From Felis catus (Eukaryota): a stretch of 64,000 bases of DNA. The stretch covers positions 15,130,001-15,194,000 of the forward strand of contig NC_058369.1 in assembly GCF_018350175.1 (NCBI RefSeq), in the 5' to 3' direction. Of this stretch, positions 60,230 through 64,000 are shown piece by piece; position 1 is the stretch's first letter; every line of letters begins with the position of its first letter. The translations under genes and the position numbers were made by a program. Below the pieces are notes generated by a model. That model was not told where the DNA came from. It made no database searches and worked only from the letters and a program-made list of their open reading frames with translations.

Positions 60230-62940
60230 TGGACTCTTTGCTGAGATCATCTAGAGACTACAAAATAATAATAATGCACCTGCCAAACCAGTGGAAGACA
60301 AGGAGCTTAAACTCATTAACTTCTCAGACAGTTCAATGTGGTTAGACTTACTGTTGTTGGTCTGTGAGAACACTCAAGGACTCAGAGAGAAGTCTCTTTA
60401 GATCTGAAAATTACAGGTGTTGCAGTATAAATATGGCAGAAAGAACGCAAATGAGCACGTAGCACAATTGCATGCTTTTGCTCTAAATACATATAAGGCC
60501 TAAGCTGCCTACTAGATATTTTGCAACAAACTCTGAATAATCCACCCACCTCCCTCATTCAAGAACCTCAGATACGTGCCGCTGCAGCTCTTGAAACTCA
60601 TGTTTCATTGTCCTGGGGAAGAATCCAGGCAGGTTTTCCTGAGCCACATAATTCAACTCAGCTTACTAAACATACAAGTTCCTATGATGTGAGAAGCCCT
60701 GTGTTTGGCGCTCTAGGAGACAAAAAGAAGTGAGTTCCTGCTGTCTCTGCTCTCTGCATGTACACTCTAGCTCATCCATTGTCGCCAGCATTCTCTGGAG
60801 CTTAAGATGGGTTTTAGAAGCAGACACACTTGAGTGAAAATCCTTGAGCAGGTTAATCGTTACGCACTGGTTTCTTGGTTTGTGCAACGGGATAGAAATA
60901 TCCCATTGAGTTGTGAGATTATTGTGAAAATGGAATATATGGCAGTTATTTAGTAGCACATGGGGCGTTCTTATTAGTAGTTGTGATTGTTACTGCCATA
61001 ATCTCCATCCCAGTCTCTGTGTAGTTCAAAGAACAATGAGGGGGGATAGGACTGGGGTTTATGAGGGTTTTGTTTTTTTTTTTTGTGGAGGAGGTGGGAA
61101 ACTGGTGCAGGAGTCTATCAGAGAGCTGCTGGGTTCACAGCATCTAATAAGCATTAGAGCAAAAAGTCCTTCTGAAGGTGTGGTGAGGAATCCATGAACT
61201 TCAATGATTGCCTCCAGTAGATACCCACTGTTTGCATCCCATCTGCAAAGGCAGCAGGTTGTACAGGATAGATTATGGATTTGAAGCTTAAAAAATGAAA
61301 CAAACCACAGAGACGCCTTGCATGGATCCATGACTAAAGCTGGCATATTGAACTTGATCAACTGAACTCTGAGTGCATGAGGTCCTAAAGAAACTAATGA
61401 GTAAGAGGTACATTTCCCACGTGGGATCTCTCTCTCCTCTTTTTTTCCTCTAAACCCTTCTTCACTTCACCCCCAAAGGCTTTCTTTCAAGCGTCCAGAG
61501 CCCCACCATACCCCTCAAACAGTTCGCTCCTCTCACGGAGCCCTAGAACGCCGACAGTAGGAGATCAGAATGCAGCCAGGTCCACGGAAGGTAGAGAAAC
61601 GGGGGCGAGGATGATGTGCTTGTTTCACAAGTGTGTGGTTAGGACTGTATTCGGGGTGGTGTGGGCTGGTGTGTCAGTTACTTCCAGGCATGGCTCTTCT
61701 CCCTTGGTGCTACCCCTGCATGCCAACGGGGAAAGGCTCCCTCCATCTCTTGTGTAAACGTGGGCACCTAGGGTTTGGCCGGGAGCTCACTGATGTTCTC
61801 TGGCCCCTTTGCTGAGGATGATGGTGGGGACTCTGATTCCATTCAACTTCCTACCCATGATAGCCACAGCTGATCCTCCCCCTGGGTTATCCAAGGAGCA
61901 AGCAACGTCACCAAGGCGAGCGTTGACCTTGTTCCCCCCAGAGGCAAGTCCCATCTCAATATGAGGAAAGTCTGTTCCCACCACAAGCATGATGACTGTA
62001 CCCTGGCATAATTGTGACAAGAAGAATGTGACGTTTTCCGTCCCTACAAGAGTTGCCAATGTGGCTGCCAATGGCCTCTCTCTCTCTCAGCCACCTGCGT
62101 GGGTGGTATTAGCTTGGGTCAGAGTCTCCTTGATTGCAGTTCGCGGTGACCCAGTGGCTGATGCACAGGCCATGCACAACATGGATGCTTGCTCCCTTCA
62201 ACCCTCCTCTTATTTAGGAGGTCATTGGCATTGATCCCATCCCACAGCTATTTTTCCCATAAGCTTTTCCTCCCTCCCCTCTTCTTCTATTTCTGGCCTC
62301 ATCTTTGTAGTTTGAGCTCTTCTTTGTGATATTTGTATATCCCGTATAATTATGAAGTGGATGGGCTCTTTGGTGATAGATTCTTGAGAAATTCCTACCA
62401 GAGAAGAACAAGAAATTTCAAGTCTCCTCTCATCTTGACAAAGAGCTGTGGTTCTGTTTACATCAGTAGAGTTGCAATCAGAAAGTACTAAACAGCCCAG
62501 ATTAATGCTCCAAAGAGCTTCTGTGTGGGTGGGAAAGGCAATTAAAAGCTAGGCATGTTCAAGTTTTTTAGAGGATGTCTAGGTGATAAAAATGCTGTCA
62601 ACACATCCAAGGAGGATTCTGCCAGCTTTTGTCGGAACAAAATTCTCATGTCCACAAAGGAGACTCTCATCTTTTCATCAAGCCTCGTGTCAAGCATCAG
62701 TGGGGGTGGGGACACGGGGGCGAGAGCAGAGACAGCAGGTGGCTTTGTGTGTAGAGGACAGCCAGAGAGACGCTCAGGAGAATCAGGATTATGCTGCAGA
62801 GATTTGAAGACCAATCTCTGAATTTCTCGATGGAAAAAGAGATGAGTTGCTTTAGGATGTCTCTAAAGGCCTCCTTCAAAAAGTTTGAAGGATCCTCCAG
62901 CACTGTCTGGGTCTGCAGCTTGGAACTGTTCGTTGCCATT
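60230..62940 (-). mobile_element. Decayed Ty3/Gypsy-type LTR retrotransposon internal region (gag-pro-RT-RNaseH)
   Basis: Minus strand, in order: gag-like ORFs 62939-62214; frameshifted CCHC-like CCA(C)G...SHWVTANC ~62180-62135; protease TLVGTE...AIMGRKL (cf. LVDTG...ILGRD) 62071-61787; RT ALVM..KASLWFVSFFKL, WDANSGY, FLTTPSEGLF 61361-61100; RNaseH-like FLPYLY ~60425-60445. Confidence 0.65.
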
Positions 62941-63189
62941 GCCCTCGATTTTTGTTGATCCTCTTTTAGGTGCCAGGAATGTTGCCACGGGCTTCATGCA
63001 TACCATCTCACGGTTCCCAAGAGTAAGCATCATTATCCCTAAGTTTTAGGTAAAAAGACTGGGTCTCACATAAGCGAAGAAGCATAACAAAAGTTAATCA
63101 GTTTCCAGAGGCAGGCTTTAAATCTTAGCACTGAATACTACCTCTGAAGCCCACTGTGTTCCCACCCTACCACCTGTGGGTGTCTATTC

Positions 63190-63790
63190 TCTGAGAAAGC
63201 ACTTTAGATTCAAAGATACAAGTAGATGAAAAGTGAAAGAATGGAAAAGGCTATGGCATGCAAATGGCAACCGTAAGAGAGCTGGAGTGGCCCTACAAGT
63301 ATCAGACTCAAACACACATGTTACTAGGGTTAAAAGGGTCAATCCATCCGGAAGACATAACAATTATCATTATATATGCACCTAACAACAGAGCCCTAAA
63401 ATACTTGAAGCAAGAACCAACTAAATTGAAGGGAGAAATACAACATTCAACAGTAATGCTTACAAATTTCAATACTCCACTTTCTTTCTTTTCTTTTCTT
63501 TCTTTCTTTTTCAGGTAGGCTCCACACCCAACATGGGGCTCAAATCCATGATTCTGAGATCGAGAGTCGCGTGTTCTACCAACTGAGCCAGCCAGGCGCC
63601 GCTCGATGCTCCACTTTCAATAATGGATGCAACAACTAGGCAGAAGACCAGCAAGGATAAAAAGACTTGAACAGCATCAGAAACCACCAGATCTAACAGG
63701 CATCTCCAGAATGTTCCACTCAGGATGTACGTTGTTCTCAAGCACAAATGGAACATCCCCCAGGATAGACCACATGCTGATTTATAAAGC
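63190..63790 (+). mobile_element. L1 ORF2 endonuclease-domain fragment with short - SINE (~63490-63600)
   Basis: GSIHPEDITIIIIYAPNNRALKYLKQ...LKGEI...TNFNTPLS matches L1 EN; SINE TSD at(a/g)ctccactttc. Confidence 0.9.
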
Positions 63791-64000
63791 AAGTCTTGAT
63801 CAATTTAATTTTTTTAATGTTTCTTTATTTTTGAGAGAGAGAGAGAGAGAGACAGACAGATAAAGCGTGAGCGGGGGAGGGGCAGACAGAGGGGGAGACC
63901 CAGAATCCGAAGCAGGCTCCAGGCTCCGAGCTGTCAGCACAGAGCCCGATGCGGGGCTCAAACTCATGAACCATGAGATCATGACCTGAGCTGAAGTCAG
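63790..64000 (-). mobile_element. CAN-SINE, cut by window edge
   Basis: Reverse SINE body runs to the end of the window. Confidence 0.92.

Noticed and set aside
1081..63982. Many 60-170 aa ORFs with recurring 'GAWVAQSVKRPTSAQV' or 'RERGRHRIGNRLQALSHQPRA' peptides
   Set aside because: Translations of CAN-SINE copies, not a gene family.

Overview
Mammalian genomic DNA, almost certainly a felid: it is dense in cat-type CAN-SINEs and carries a felid-type L1 3' end. The only recognisable intact gene is the intronless TMEM158 (RIS1), minus strand, CDS 12532-13443 (303 aa), inside a ~1.8 kb CpG island. The rest is intergenic and mostly interspersed repeats: ~40 SINEs (many with target-site duplications, several nested or inverted), L1/L2/MIR fragments, MER5A/MER33 DNA-transposon fossils and solo LTRs. 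Most notable observations: (1) a strong-context 9-codon uORF ending 16 nt before the TMEM158 start; (2) pure (GCC)n polyalanine tracts in TMEM158; (3) a decayed Ty3/Gypsy-type gag-pro-RT-RNaseH fossil at ~60.2-62.9 kb; (4) a near-complete decayed ERV-L internal region (gag-pro-RT-IN-dUTPase) at ~49.9-55.8 kb; (5) a 20-nt SINE head sandwiched in a 71-bp duplication; (6) a 38-nt U2 snRNA retrocopy with TSDs; (7) a 22-bp ETS-motif tandem repeat. No demonstrably new biological system can be claimed from sequence alone. Repeat family names come from recalled consensus features, were not checked against a database, and boundaries of old repeats are approximate.
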